This document shows positions 42,384 through 53,592 of a stretch of DNA of 64,000 nt, piece after piece. Position 1 is the first letter of the stretch. Each line of letters starts with the position of its first letter. Made by a program: the position numbers and the translations under genes. This DNA comes from Escherichia coli (GTDB lineage: Bacteria > Pseudomonadota > Gammaproteobacteria > Enterobacterales > Enterobacteriaceae): NCBI RefSeq assembly GCF_030384885.1, contig NZ_CP128613.1. One strand, 5' to 3'. The notes under the pieces are model-generated. The model searched no databases. It worked only from the letters and a program-made list of their open reading frames with translations, and was not told the DNA's origin.

Positions 42384-43178
42384 TTATTGACCATTGTCGC
42401 CTTCGCGGGTTAGCCACCAGGCCCCCAGGATCGGCAAGGTTGTTACCAACATAACCAGCAGTGCCACCACGTTGGTTACCGGTACATCACGTGGTCGCCC
42501 AAGCTGATTGAGCAACCACAACGGTAACGTTCGTTCATGACCTGCCGTAAAAGTCGTCACGATGATTTCATCGAACGACAAAGCAAACGCCAGCATTCCT
42601 CCTGCCAGTAGCGCCGAACTGAGATTCGGCAACACCACGTAGCGGAAGGTTTGCCAGCCATTGGCCCCAAGATCCATTGACGCCTCAACCAGACTCCAGG
42701 AGGTACGGCGAAAACGGGCGATGACATTGTTAAACACCACCACTACGCAAAAAGTCGCATGACCGACCACGATGGTGAAAAATCCCGGCTCCAGATTGAT
42801 GGTTTTAAAAGCAGTTAATAGCGCCAGACCAGTGACAATGCCCGGCAGCGCAATGGGCAGCAGCAATAGCAATGAAATGGCGCTTTTACCGAAAAAGTCC
42901 CGACGCCACAGCGCAGTAGCGGCCAGTGTCCCTAATACCAGCGCAATTAATGTCGCCAGCGCCGCCACTTTAAGTGACAGTGTCACGGCTTCAAGAATAT
43001 CACTACGCTGTGCTGCCACGCTAAACCAGCGCAGCGTCAGGCCTTGCGGTGGAAAACTAAACGCCGCATCTTCAGTGTTAAACGCATAGGCGGCGATAAT
43101 CAGGATGGGAAAATGTAGGAAAACCACGCCGCCCCAGGCCGCCAGTTTGAGGAGAAACGGTGCGCGTTCAGAGTGCAT
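42384..43178 (-). CDS. ydcV: ABC transporter permease, 264 aa
   Basis: Polytopic membrane protein in the ydcSTUV operon; overlaps ydcU. Confidence 0.88.
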   Translation of the reverse strand: MHSERAPFLLKLAAWGGVVFLHFPILIIAAYAFNTEDAAFSFPPQGLTLRWFSVAAQRSDILEAVTLSLKVAALATLIALVLGTLAATALWRRDFFGKSAISLLLLLPIALPGIVTGLALLTAFKTINLEPGFFTIVVGHATFCVVVVFNNVIARFRRTSWSLVEASMDLGANGWQTFRYVVLPNLSSALLAGGMLAFALSFDEIIVTTFTAGHERTLPLWLLNQLGRPRDVPVTNVVALLVMLVTTLPILGAWWLTREGDNGQ

Positions 43179-44109
43179 CGAACGCTCCCAGACGTTTCAC
43201 GAACGCCAGGTACAGTGCGATGAGAACAATCGGCACCAGGGTGAATGCCGCCGCCATCGGCATATTGCCAATCGCCCCCTGCTGGGAATAAACCATATTG
43301 CCGATAAAATATCCTGGAGGGCCAACCAGCTGCGGAACGATAAAATCGCCCAGTGTGAGTGAAAAGGTAAAGATAGAGCCAGCGGCAATACCCGGGATTG
43401 CCAGCGGCAGCACCACATAGCGAAAGGTTTGCCGTGGACGCGCGCCAAGATCAGCCGACGCCTGCAACAGTGACGGCGGCAAACGCTCAAGCGCCGCCTG
43501 CACGGGCAGGATCATGAACGGCAGCCAGATATAAAGAAACACGAGAAAGCGTCCCAGCCCGGAAGTTGACAACGTGTTACCGCCCACCGCGGGTAATGTA
43601 AGGAACGCTGTCAGCAGTGGTTCCAGCCCCAGATGTTGTAAAAACCACTGCGCCACGCCATCTTTTGCCAGCAATAATGTCCAGGCATAAGCTTTAACAA
43701 TGTAGCTTGCCCACATTGGCAGCATCACCGCAATATAGAAGAACGCTTTCATTTTCCCGCTGGTATAGCGCGCCATATACCACGCCATCGGAAAAGCCAG
43801 AATGGCGCTGGCGATAGTGACAGCCACAGCCATGGTTAGCGTGCGGAGGATGATGTCGTAATTCGCCGGATTAAACAGCGCGCGGATATTCGCCAGCGTC
43901 AGTTCTGGCGTTACCGACATGGTGAAATCGTCAAAGGTATAAAAGCCCTGCCATAACAACGTCAGGAGTGAACCAAAATAGACAATGCCAAACCACATCA
44001 GCGGACCAAGCAGCAGCAAAAACAGCCCCAGTCCCGGTTTCCGCCAGAAGAAACCTGACACCTTACCCAATCCTGGGCGCGCAGGTGATTGCAATACGTT
44101 CATCGCCAT
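43168..44109 (-). CDS. ydcU: ABC transporter permease, 313 aa
   Basis: Polytopic membrane protein; operon context. Confidence 0.88.
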   Translation of the reverse strand: MAMNVLQSPARPGLGKVSGFFWRKPGLGLFLLLLGPLMWFGIVYFGSLLTLLWQGFYTFDDFTMSVTPELTLANIRALFNPANYDIILRTLTMAVAVTIASAILAFPMAWYMARYTSGKMKAFFYIAVMLPMWASYIVKAYAWTLLLAKDGVAQWFLQHLGLEPLLTAFLTLPAVGGNTLSTSGLGRFLVFLYIWLPFMILPVQAALERLPPSLLQASADLGARPRQTFRYVVLPLAIPGIAAGSIFTFSLTLGDFIVPQLVGPPGYFIGNMVYSQQGAIGNMPMAAAFTLVPIVLIALYLAFVKRLGAFDAL

Positions 44110-45123
44110 TCACCTCTCCTCAACCAGCGGCACCATCACATCGCGCGACCAGGAAACCATCACCTGTTGTCCGGGCGTGAGCGTGGCAGGCAGTTCTTCG
44201 CCTGTCATATTGGCCTGACTTACCAGCAGTTTTTCACCGCCATTCAGTCTCAGTTCAAAACGGGTCGCCGCGCCCTGATACTGCACCGCCTGGATCGTGC
44301 CATTAACTTGCACTTCGCCGGGGGTGTTGAGGCGGATATGTTCCGGTCTCAGGGCAAAACTGCCTATCATGCCGCAAAGATTATCGGCCATTAGCGGCTC
44401 AAAAACGTTGGATGTCCCGACGAATCCAGCAACAAACGGCGTGCGCGGGCGCATATAGAGGTCACGCGGTGAATCAACCTGCTCAATGCGACCGTTATTG
44501 AATACCGCAACACGATCGGACATCGATAATGCCTCGCCCTGATCGTGGGTGACGAAAATAAAGGTGATGCCAAGAGACTGTTGCAGCTTTTTCAGCTCAA
44601 GTTGCATCTGCTCACGCAGCTTGAGATCCAGCGCGCCGAGCGGTTCATCCAACAGCAATACGCGCGGCTCATTCACCAATGCTCTGGCGATAGCAACCCG
44701 CTGGCGCTGACCACCAGAAAGTTGTGACGGTTTACGTTGCTGTACAAACCCCAACGCCACTTTCTCCAGCGCCTCTTGCGCCATTACGTGTCGCTGTTTT
44801 TTATCCACCCCTTTGACCATCAGCCCATAGGCCACGTTGTCAAGAATCGACATATGCGGAAATAGCGCGTAGTCTTGGAAGACGGTATTCACGTCCCGCT
44901 CCCACGGCGGCAGATTGCTGGCGGGTTTACCAAAGATAGATATAGTCCCGCCGGAAAGCTGTTCGAATCCAGCAATCAGGCGCAGGCAGGTGGTTTTGCC
45001 GGAGCCAGACGGCCCCAGCATTGAGAAAAACTCACCATCTTTTATCGCAATACTGACACCATCTACCGCGCGCACATCACCATACAGTCGCGATACGTTG
45101 TCAAACTCCACTGCGTACGTCAT
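44110..45123 (-). CDS. ydcT: ABC transporter ATP-binding protein, 337 aa
   Basis: Walker A GPSGSGKTT, signature LSGGQRQR, Walker B LLLDEP. Confidence 0.9.
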   Translation of the reverse strand: MTYAVEFDNVSRLYGDVRAVDGVSIAIKDGEFFSMLGPSGSGKTTCLRLIAGFEQLSGGTISIFGKPASNLPPWERDVNTVFQDYALFPHMSILDNVAYGLMVKGVDKKQRHVMAQEALEKVALGFVQQRKPSQLSGGQRQRVAIARALVNEPRVLLLDEPLGALDLKLREQMQLELKKLQQSLGITFIFVTHDQGEALSMSDRVAVFNNGRIEQVDSPRDLYMRPRTPFVAGFVGTSNVFEPLMADNLCGMIGSFALRPEHIRLNTPGEVQVNGTIQAVQYQGAATRFELRLNGGEKLLVSQANMTGEELPATLTPGQQVMVSWSRDVMVPLVEER

Positions 45124-45140
45124 AAAACACCCCAGCGAAG

Positions 45141-46286
45141 TTAGCGGCCGCCCATAATGGCAATATAATCCTGCGTCCAGCGACTGTAGGGAACAAACTT
45201 GCCCCCTTCTGCTATAGGCGTTTTCCAGAAGGCGATTTTATCGAAATAGTTAAAACCGTTTGTTTCACAACCTTTTTCGCCTAATAACGGACTGGCTTTA
45301 CACCCTTCCGGCACTACCGGTAACGAGCCAAACCAGGCCGCCACATCGCCCTGCACTTTTGGCGTTAATGACCAGTTCATCCATTTGTAGGCGCAAACCG
45401 GATGTTTCGCTTCGCTATGTAGCATGGTGGTGTCAGCCCAACCGGTAACGCCCTCCTTCGGGAAAACGGTAGCGACAGGCTGGCCTTCGGCTTTCAGGGC
45501 GTTGGCCTGATAGGGCCATGCACTGGAAGCAACCACACCCTCGTTTTTGAAATCGCTCATTTGCACGGTAGTGTCATGCCAGTAGCGATGGATCAAACTA
45601 TGTTGATCGCGCAGCACTTTCAGCACCGCCTGGTACTGTTCTTCGGTGAGTTGATACGGATCGCTGATGCCCAACTGCGGCTGAGTGGCTTTAACGAACA
45701 ACGCAGCATCCGCAATATAAATAGGGCCATCATAAGCCTGAACGCGGCCTTTATTGCTCTTACCGTCCGGCAGATTCTGCGCAACAAAAACCACTTGCCA
45801 GCTATCCGGCGGCGTCGGGAAGGTTTTCGTGTTGTACATCAGCAGGTTCGGCCCCCATTGGTAAGGAGTGCCGTAAACTTTGCCGCCAACGTTAAACCAG
45901 TCGCCTTTAACCACGCGCGGATCGAGCGCTTTCCAGTTGGGAATCAATGCGGTATTAATCGGCTGCACGCGTTTACCCATAATCAGGCGCAGCGAGGCAT
46001 CGCCGGACGCCGTAACCAGATCGTAACCCCCTTTGGTCATCAGACTGACCATTTCATCGGACGTCGCGGCGGTTTTTACATTCACCGCGCAACCTGTCTC
46101 TTTTTCGAATTGCGTTACCCAGTCGTATTGTTTATCGGTTTGTCCGCGTTCGATGTATCCCGGCCAGGCGATAATATCCAGTCGCCCTTCCGGTTTATCT
46201 AAATTGGTAGGCGGTTCGGCGGCGTGAGCGGTCATTATTATCATGGTGAGCGCACACAGGCTGCTGCGGGCAAATGTCTTGCTCAT
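45141..46286 (-). CDS. ydcS: Periplasmic polyamine-type substrate-binding protein, 381 aa
   Basis: Signal peptide and operon context. Confidence 0.88.
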   Translation of the reverse strand: MSKTFARSSLCALTMIIMTAHAAEPPTNLDKPEGRLDIIAWPGYIERGQTDKQYDWVTQFEKETGCAVNVKTAATSDEMVSLMTKGGYDLVTASGDASLRLIMGKRVQPINTALIPNWKALDPRVVKGDWFNVGGKVYGTPYQWGPNLLMYNTKTFPTPPDSWQVVFVAQNLPDGKSNKGRVQAYDGPIYIADAALFVKATQPQLGISDPYQLTEEQYQAVLKVLRDQHSLIHRYWHDTTVQMSDFKNEGVVASSAWPYQANALKAEGQPVATVFPKEGVTGWADTTMLHSEAKHPVCAYKWMNWSLTPKVQGDVAAWFGSLPVVPEGCKASPLLGEKGCETNGFNYFDKIAFWKTPIAEGGKFVPYSRWTQDYIAIMGGR

Positions 46287-46530
46287 AAGGTCTTACTCCT
46301 GTCGTAATTAATTGTTCAGCCGCCGTGCCGTAAAAATATCTCCTTGTTTAACCATAGACGGCGGCTTGCAGGCACACCTTCGCCCCTGAGAAAATTTAAT
46401 CAGGTTGTGAGCTACCGCGCATTATGCCGTCTGTGAGATTATCTTCTGGAGTATAGACAAGGGGTTAGGAAATATGACTGCTATTCGAAATTCATATTAC
46501 CCAACCTAAGAGGAATTAAATTAAACGCTA

Positions 46531-47937
46531 TTACAGCCGTTCTTGAATAAGTTTGCCTAATTGTTTAACCGCCTGTTCTTCGCGCTCGCCCCACTGCCAT
46601 GCAGTATTAAAACGAAAAAAACGTGACCAGTTTGCACCGGTAGAAAACATTTTACCCGGCGCAATACTGATATGATGCGTCAGTGCTGCCAGGCTTAATT
46701 CGCCCGCATCTAACGGCGCGGGGAGTTCCAGCCAGAGAAAATAACCGCTGTCATTATGATGAATTTTCACTTCCGCAGGCAGATAACGCAGCAGTGCCTG
46801 CCAGGCACGTTGTTTACGTTCCGCAAGCTGGCGACGCAGGCGACGAAGATGGGCGTCGTATCGGCGCGTGGAAAGATAATCCACCAGCGCAAGCTGCATC
46901 GGTGAACTGGTCGAAAGCGTACTCATCAATTGCAAGCGTTGAATTTTACGTGCATGTTTTCCGGCGGCGACCCAACCAATACGAAAACCTGGCACCAGAC
47001 ATTTCGAAAACGAAGAGCAATGCAAAACGCCATCGTGGCGATCCCACGCTTTCGCAGGCAGCGGTTTTTCCCGTCCAAAATAAAGTTCGCTGTACACGTC
47101 ATCTTCAATCAGCGTTACGTTGTACTGATTGAGCAACGCTACCAGTTGTTCTTTTTTCTGCTGCGTTAAGGTAAAACCGAGTGGATTCTGGCTATTAGTC
47201 ATCAGCCAGCACGCTTTCACCGGATACTCCTGCAACGCCAGTTCCAGCGCCTGAAGATCGATCCCTTCGTTAACGTCCGTCGCCACCGATAACGCCTTCA
47301 GCCGTAACCGCTCCAGCGCCTGCAACGCGCCGTAGAAACAAGGATTCTCTACTATCACCCAATCGCCTGGTTCCGTTACCGCTTGTAAACTGAGGTTTAA
47401 TGCCTCTAACGCCCCGGCGGTAATGACAATTTCATCAGGAGAAATAGTGATGCCCTGTAAGGCATAGCGACGAGCAATAGCCTGACGCAGTTCTGCGTTT
47501 CCTGGCGGTAAGTTTTCAATCACGCTCATCGCCGTGGCGGTTTTGCTTACCTGCGCCAGCGAGCGGTTTAGTTGTTGGAGGGGGAAAAGTCGCGGGTCGG
47601 GAAAGGCCGAGGCAAACGGAACTACCGACGGATCGCGACTGGCCTGCAACATATCAAAAATATAGGTGTTGATATCGACTGCTTCATCTCGAGTGACTGG
47701 AATGACTGGCGCTTTCGGCATTTTTATTGCCTGTGGCGCAACGTAATAACCCGACTGCGGTCGCGCGATAATATGTCCCTGACTTTCGAGCAACTGATAG
47801 GCATGGCTGACGGTCATAAAGCTCATGCCAGAAAGCGCCACCTGGTCACGCAACGAAGGCAAACGATCTCCGGGTTGCCAGATCCCCGACGCAATCTGCT
47901 CGCGTAATTGTTCTGCAAGCTGCTGGTATTTTTTCAT
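46531..47937 (-). CDS. ydcR: GntR/MocR-family regulator with aminotransferase-like domain, 468 aa
   Basis: N-terminal wHTH plus PLP-fold domain; length and neighbourhood. Confidence 0.88.
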   Translation of the reverse strand: MKKYQQLAEQLREQIASGIWQPGDRLPSLRDQVALSGMSFMTVSHAYQLLESQGHIIARPQSGYYVAPQAIKMPKAPVIPVTRDEAVDINTYIFDMLQASRDPSVVPFASAFPDPRLFPLQQLNRSLAQVSKTATAMSVIENLPPGNAELRQAIARRYALQGITISPDEIVITAGALEALNLSLQAVTEPGDWVIVENPCFYGALQALERLRLKALSVATDVNEGIDLQALELALQEYPVKACWLMTNSQNPLGFTLTQQKKEQLVALLNQYNVTLIEDDVYSELYFGREKPLPAKAWDRHDGVLHCSSFSKCLVPGFRIGWVAAGKHARKIQRLQLMSTLSTSSPMQLALVDYLSTRRYDAHLRRLRRQLAERKQRAWQALLRYLPAEVKIHHNDSGYFLWLELPAPLDAGELSLAALTHHISIAPGKMFSTGANWSRFFRFNTAWQWGEREEQAVKQLGKLIQERL

Positions 47938-48015
47938 TATCGAATCGTTATTATGTGCAGGTGATTCGGCAGTCTATATCAGTTGTTAAAAATGACAACT
48001 TTTCATTAACTGTTA

Positions 48016-48255
<240 letters not shown>

Positions 48256-48430
48256 TTACCTCCGTGTGTAATGTGCTCGAAAATAGCACTAAATCGCCGC
48301 AACGGCAGAATGCAATGCAAAATCAGGAAGGAAGATTCCAGAATTTCTTTGCGCTAATTTGCAAAACTGAATAATAACCTCAAGAAACGATCGGCATCAT
48401 AGCGGCAAAAGGTCAGAAAAAGGTGGCGAG

Positions 48431-48661
48431 ATGTTTTCGAAGGCGTTATCGGTTGTCTTATTAACGTGTGCACTGTTCTCAGGACAACTCATGGCAGGGC
48501 ACAAAGGACATGAATTTATGTGGGTAAAGAATGTGGATCATCAGCTGCGTCATGAAGCGGACAGCGATGAATTGCGTGCTGTGGCGGAAGAGTCGGCGGA
48601 AGGTTTGCGCGAGCATTTTTACTGGCAAAAATCGCGCAAACCAGAAGCGGGACAGCGTTGA
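48431..48661 (+). CDS. yncJ: Small secreted protein, 76 aa
   Basis: Signal peptide and sequence MFSKALSVVLLTCALFSGQLMAGHKGHEFMWVK. Confidence 0.8.
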   Translation: MFSKALSVVLLTCALFSGQLMAGHKGHEFMWVKNVDHQLRHEADSDELRAVAEESAEGLREHFYWQKSRKPEAGQR

Positions 48662-48669
48662 GTCATTTG

Positions 48670-48705
48670 TTGCCGGATGCGGCATAACGCCTTACCCGGC
48701 CGACA
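48670..48705. repeat. REP element after yncJ
   Basis: tgccggatgcggcataacgccttacccggcc matches the REP consensus. Confidence 0.6.
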
Positions 48706-48752
48706 AGATCATGCAGATTCAATAAGTTGTGAGTAACCAGAAAACTGGCGTT

Positions 48753-50714
48753 TTACCCTTTTCGCTTCGGCAATGTTTTCAGCAGCTCATCCGGACTAAC
48801 GGATGCCACTACGCTTCCCGGTAACGGCATTTTCAGTATGTGATTTTTGATTTTGCCAATGACGTGCATCTCACATGGGCGACAATCGAACTTTAGCGTT
48901 AATACTTCATCGCCATTAACCAGTTGCATTGGCGTCGCCTTCCAGCTTTTGATGTTACCTTTTGCCTGTTTCGGACACAGATTGAAGGCAAAGCGCAGAC
49001 AATGCTTGGTGATCATTACCGGCACTTCCCCCTTCTCTTCATGCGCTTCATACGCCGCATCAATCAGTTGCACACCATAGCGATGATAAAATTCACGCGC
49101 TTTGTGGTTGTAAACGTTCGCGAGGAAACTCAAATGCGTTTGCGGATAAACCGGCGCAGGGTCAGCAACCGGTTTACGACTGCCGCGCTGATAACTGGCA
49201 AGACGCGCAGCATCCAGCATTTCGGCGGCCTCACGGCGGAACTGATTTAACAGACTGTTCGGTACAAACAGCGCACCAGGCAAATTAATTTGCACATCGC
49301 GGGCGTAATAGAGGGTTTGCCCCAGCTTAGCCAGACCATCTTTCAGGTTATTAAGCGCTTTTTCGGCGTTATTAGCTTCGTCGAATTGTCCATCCAGCGT
49401 ATGCGTGACGCTGACGCCCTCTTCACTGGTCAGGGTCAGAATCAGTTGTTCCTGCCAGCCGCCCAGTTCAATGTCTACCGCTACGCGACGTTCGCTGGAT
49501 GTTTTGGTCAACGCCTGCTGCCAGTTATGGTCCAGATTACGATTAAGCGGATGATGCGGACGAATTTTATGCAAATCCGCAGGCATCTCATTTGGCCAGA
49601 CGCGGTACTGATTTTGCCCGGTTTTTTCGACTGTATTGGCGCGAAAGCCAACCACTTCACGTTTAATCATCACATTCAGACCATCGCCATTTGCTAACGG
49701 CTCGGTGACGGCAACATCGAGATGATCCTTCGCCACTTTTAATACTTCACCGACCGGCAGGCCGATAAACTTGGGGGAGTCGAACGCGCCGATATCCCCT
49801 TTACGGGCGTTAACAAAGTAGTCGGTACTGCCACGATGGAAGGTTTTTTCCGTCGACGGTACGAAGAAATGCTCGGTACGACCGGATGAAGCACGCGCCA
49901 GATCGCCACGTTCATCAATAATGGCGTCCAGCATTTGGCGATAATGCGCGGTGATATTCTTCACGTAGCTCATATCTTTGTAACGCCCTTCAATCTTGAA
50001 GGAGCGCACGCCAGCATCAATCAGCGCGCCAAGGTTAGCAGTCTGATCGTTATCTTTCATCGACAGCAGATGTTTTTCATAGGAAACCACCCGCCCCTGA
50101 TCGTCTTTCAATGTGTATGGCAAACGGCATGCCTGCGAGCAATCGCCACGGTTGGCGCTACGCCCTGTTTGCGCATGAGAAATGTAGCACTGACCAGAAT
50201 AGGCCACGCACAATGCACCATGAATAAAGAATTCAATGGTCGCGTCCGTGGCCTGGTGAATCGCGCGGATCTGCTCAAGATTCAGCTCTCGCGCCAGCAC
50301 AATCTGCGTAAAGCCAACATCAGAGAGGAACTTCGCTTTTTCTACTGTGCGAATATCGCACTGCGTACTGGCGTGCAGTTCAATCGGCGGAATATCAAGT
50401 TCCAGAATCCCCATATCCTGAACAATCAGCGCATCGACGCCGGTCTGGTAGAGGTCGGTAATCAGCCGTTGCGCAGGGTCCAGCTCATCATCATGCAAAA
50501 TGGTGTTAAGCGTGACGAAAATTTTTGCACCATAACGATGGGCAAACGGCACCAGTTCGGCAATATCTTTCAGGCTATTACTGGCATTATGACGGGCACC
50601 AAAACCAGGGCCGCCGATATAAACAGCATCGGCACCGTGCAAAATAGCTTCGCGGGCAATGGCGGCATCGCGTGCCGGGCTTAACAGTTCAAGTCGATGA
50701 GAAGATACGGTCAC
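48753..50714 (-). CDS. rlhA: U32 peptidase-family protein (23S rRNA hydroxycytidine synthase homolog), about 653 aa; GTG start assumed
   Basis: U32 family signature region (EFFIHGALCVAYSGQCYIS); start set at the internal GTG (VTVSSHRLELLSPA) by length; the ORF extends to 50756. Confidence 0.8.
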   Translation of the reverse strand: MTVSSHRLELLSPARDAAIAREAILHGADAVYIGGPGFGARHNASNSLKDIAELVPFAHRYGAKIFVTLNTILHDDELDPAQRLITDLYQTGVDALIVQDMGILELDIPPIELHASTQCDIRTVEKAKFLSDVGFTQIVLARELNLEQIRAIHQATDATIEFFIHGALCVAYSGQCYISHAQTGRSANRGDCSQACRLPYTLKDDQGRVVSYEKHLLSMKDNDQTANLGALIDAGVRSFKIEGRYKDMSYVKNITAHYRQMLDAIIDERGDLARASSGRTEHFFVPSTEKTFHRGSTDYFVNARKGDIGAFDSPKFIGLPVGEVLKVAKDHLDVAVTEPLANGDGLNVMIKREVVGFRANTVEKTGQNQYRVWPNEMPADLHKIRPHHPLNRNLDHNWQQALTKTSSERRVAVDIELGGWQEQLILTLTSEEGVSVTHTLDGQFDEANNAEKALNNLKDGLAKLGQTLYYARDVQINLPGALFVPNSLLNQFRREAAEMLDAARLASYQRGSRKPVADPAPVYPQTHLSFLANVYNHKAREFYHRYGVQLIDAAYEAHEEKGEVPVMITKHCLRFAFNLCPKQAKGNIKSWKATPMQLVNGDEVLTLKFDCRPCEMHVIGKIKNHILKMPLPGSVVASVSPDELLKTLPKRKG

Positions 50715-50786
50715 ATTCTTATCCAGTAGCTGAAAAATGGCGGCTATTTTAGCCACAAGCGCGACGTTGCGAAATAGTTTTCCCGC

Positions 50787-51323
50787 TTAACTGCGTGGGT
50801 AATGGATGAGGGAATGAAAATGTACGATTTGCTCCCCACCATTACGATAGACATGCGTAACGTCTGCAGCAAATCGAGCGCCTTTTCCACAATTAAGGCT
50901 CTGCCATTCACCATCAACGCACAGATCAAGTTGCCCATCAATGACGACAACATGTTCGATTACTCCCTTCTCATGGGGCGTCGATTCACTTATTGCACCG
51001 GGAGCCATCTGAATTGAGAAGTGTTCAAAGCAGAGTTGCGGATCATAAGGAAACAGCGAAGTGATCACCATCGCCTGCTGTTGCGGATCATAAACTGAAG
51101 GCGTAGCGGACTGCGGCGGAGAAATAAATGTCGAAAATGGCACATTCAACCCGGTGGCAATTTTCCATAATGTCGCGACCGTCGGGCTGGACTCATTACG
51201 TTCAATCTGCCCTAACATCGCTTTAGAAACCCCCGTCGCTTCTGCCAGTCGCGAAAGACTCCAGCCGCGCTGCTGACGTAGTTGTTTAAGTGTGGTGGAT
51301 AAAAAGCGAGTGAGATTTTCCAT
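50787..51323 (-). CDS. sutR: XRE-HTH/cupin transcriptional regulator, 178 aa
   Basis: HTH LAEATGVSKAMLGQIERNESSPTVATLWKIA plus C-terminal cupin. Confidence 0.85.
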   Translation of the reverse strand: MENLTRFLSTTLKQLRQQRGWSLSRLAEATGVSKAMLGQIERNESSPTVATLWKIATGLNVPFSTFISPPQSATPSVYDPQQQAMVITSLFPYDPQLCFEHFSIQMAPGAISESTPHEKGVIEHVVVIDGQLDLCVDGEWQSLNCGKGARFAADVTHVYRNGGEQIVHFHSLIHYPRS

Positions 51324-51414
51324 GTGACTCCTCCGGCAAAGCGGAAGTTTATCACTTGTGCGTTATAACGGACAAATGCTACGGTACCTGTACGCTATAA
51401 CGCACGAGGTGACC

Positions 51415-52587
51415 ATGCGTCTGTTTTCTATTCCTCCACCCACGCTACTGGCGGGGTTTCTGGCGGTATTAATTGGCTACGCCAGTTCAGCGGCAATAAT
51501 CTGGCAAGCAGCGATTGTCGCCGGAGCCACCACTGCACAAATCTCTGGCTGGATGACGGCGCTGGGGCTGGCAATGGGCGTCAGTACGCTGGCTCTGACA
51601 TTATGGTATCGCGTACCTGTTCTCACTGCATGGTCAACGCCGGGCGCAGCTTTGCTGGTTACCGGATTGCAGGGACTGACACTTAACCAAGCCATCGGTG
51701 TTTTTATTGTCACCAACGCGTTAATAGTCCTCTGTGGTGTGACGGGATTATTCGCCCGTTTGATGCGTATTATTCCGCACTCGCTGGCAGCGGCGATGCT
51801 GGCCGGAATTTTGTTACGCTTTGGTTTACAGGCGTTTGCAAGTCTGGATGGTCAGTTTACGTTATGCGGTAGTATGTTGCTGGCGTGGCTGGCGACAAAA
51901 ACTTTTGCGCCGCGTTATGCGGTAATTGCGGCGATGATAGTTGGCATCGTAATCGTTATTTTACAAGGTGACGTTGTCACAGGGGATATTGCCTTTAAAC
52001 CCGTTCTCCCCGCTTATATTGCCCCTGAATTTTCGTTTGCTCACAGTCTGAGCGTTGCACTCCCCCTTTTTCTGGTGACGATGGCATCGCAAAACGCACC
52101 GGGTATTGCGGCAATGAAAGCGGCCGGGTATTCGGCTCCTGTTTCGCCGTTGATTGTATTTACTGGATTGCTGGCGCTGGTATTTTCCCCTTTCGGGGTT
52201 TATTCCGTCGGTATTGCTGCAATCACCGCAGCTATTTGTCAAAGCCCGGAAGCGCATCCGGATAAAGATCAACGTTGGCTGGCAGCTGCCGTTGCAGGCA
52301 TTTTTTATTTGCTCGCAGGTCTTTTTGGTAGTGCTATTACCGGGATGATGGCTGCCCTGCCCGTAAGTTGGATCCAGATGCTGGCAGGTCTGGCGCTGTT
52401 AAGTACCATTGGCGGCAGTTTGTATCAGGCGCTGCATAATGAGCGTGAGCGAGACGCGGCGGTGGTGGCATTTCTGGTAACGGCAAGTGGATTGACGCTG
52501 GTCGGGATTGGTTCTGCGTTCTGGGGATTAATTGCCGGAGGCGTTTGTTACGTGGTGTTGAATTTAATCGCTGACAGAAACCGATAA
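51415..52587 (+). CDS. ydcO: BenE-family benzoate-type transporter, about 390 aa
   Basis: Polytopic membrane protein; start set at ATG 51415 after SD gaggtgacc. Confidence 0.82.
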   Translation: MRLFSIPPPTLLAGFLAVLIGYASSAAIIWQAAIVAGATTAQISGWMTALGLAMGVSTLALTLWYRVPVLTAWSTPGAALLVTGLQGLTLNQAIGVFIVTNALIVLCGVTGLFARLMRIIPHSLAAAMLAGILLRFGLQAFASLDGQFTLCGSMLLAWLATKTFAPRYAVIAAMIVGIVIVILQGDVVTGDIAFKPVLPAYIAPEFSFAHSLSVALPLFLVTMASQNAPGIAAMKAAGYSAPVSPLIVFTGLLALVFSPFGVYSVGIAAITAAICQSPEAHPDKDQRWLAAAVAGIFYLLAGLFGSAITGMMAALPVSWIQMLAGLALLSTIGGSLYQALHNERERDAAVVAFLVTASGLTLVGIGSAFWGLIAGGVCYVVLNLIADRNR

Positions 52588-52616
52588 TAAAAAGCGCCAT
52601 CTTACGATGGCGCGGC
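52588..52616. terminator. Bidirectional terminator between convergent ydcO and ydcL
   Basis: Stem gcgccatc/gatggcgc with loop ttac, A-run upstream (U-run on the minus strand). Confidence 0.6.
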
Positions 52617-52621
52617 TGGAA

Positions 52622-53290
52622 TTACTTTTTGTTAACGTCAAACATAGTGGCATCGGTCGCCATGTCATCAATAACTTGCTTAATATTCTCGAAAGCCATT
52701 GGCGTACTTTCATTATTCAGGTCTTTACCTTCGCCCTGACGAACGACTTTGATAACCGGTTTATTAGTAGCTGCATCAATCAGCTCACCTTCAAAATACA
52801 GGCGAGTATCCATGGTACGGTGGCCCGTCGCCATTTGCGTCCCCGCGACCACTAATGCGACAGGAACCACTTCATAGAATTGCAGCCCTTCTTTGCTGGT
52901 ATCTACACCGGTAATGGCCCCACGGAAAATCAGACTACGCGGCCCAGCGGTGGTAACCAGTGGTTTACGCTGCGCAATCGCTTCTTTCATTTCGGTGTTG
53001 GTATAACTCAAAATTTTATCCAGAACTTTCTGCCCTACCTGGGTAGATGGTTTCGGTACCGGATAATAAGTGATTGGGTTCCAGACGATGCTGTCATATT
53101 TACTTTGATCAAAACTCGGGTCTACCCAACGTAAAACAGGTTTACCTGTTGCTGAGGTTGTTTCTTTTAAATCAGAGTAATTGTTTAAAAAACCAGAATA
53201 TTTATCTGGCTGGGTGATTTTAGAGGCACAACCAGACAGAGCCAACAAGCCGCATAAAGCTGCAACTTTCGCAATTGATGTGGTACGCAT
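52622..53290 (-). CDS. ydcL: Lipoprotein, 222 aa
   Basis: Lipobox LALSGC and sequence/neighbourhood. Confidence 0.85.
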   Translation of the reverse strand: MRTTSIAKVAALCGLLALSGCASKITQPDKYSGFLNNYSDLKETTSATGKPVLRWVDPSFDQSKYDSIVWNPITYYPVPKPSTQVGQKVLDKILSYTNTEMKEAIAQRKPLVTTAGPRSLIFRGAITGVDTSKEGLQFYEVVPVALVVAGTQMATGHRTMDTRLYFEGELIDAATNKPVIKVVRQGEGKDLNNESTPMAFENIKQVIDDMATDATMFDVNKK

Positions 53291-53388
53291 GAATAGTTTC
53301 CTGAGATGATTATATTACTTTCTAAGTTATAGCAAAAAGCACCGCTTCGTGTTGTGGCAAAAAAAGTGTTGGTGAAAATAAATTTTTC

Positions 53389-53430
53389 AGCCCCTTTTCA
53401 GACGACATAGTCAATGCCGAAAAAGGGGCT
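53389..53430. other. Long-loop inverted repeat in the ydcL-tehB intergenic region
   Basis: agccccttttc ... gaaaaaggggct, 11-12 bp arms with a 19-nt spacer. Confidence 0.4.
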
Positions 53431-53592
53431 AAGTCAATCATCAGTAGTTAAATTTCAGTAAGTTAAGCTGCTAAAAAACTTCGACTACTGTGATTAATTT
53501 CACATCCATTCGATAAAAAATATGCTTACCGAAAAGAAGAACAGTAGACCATCTCAGCGTGGGGAATTTTCACGCGCCTTGTTCTTACCAGG

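Noticed and set aside
45561-46202. 213-aa plus-strand ORF inside ydcS, and the 249-aa ORF 49935-50684 inside ydcP
   Set aside because: Antisense shadow ORFs within conserved genes.
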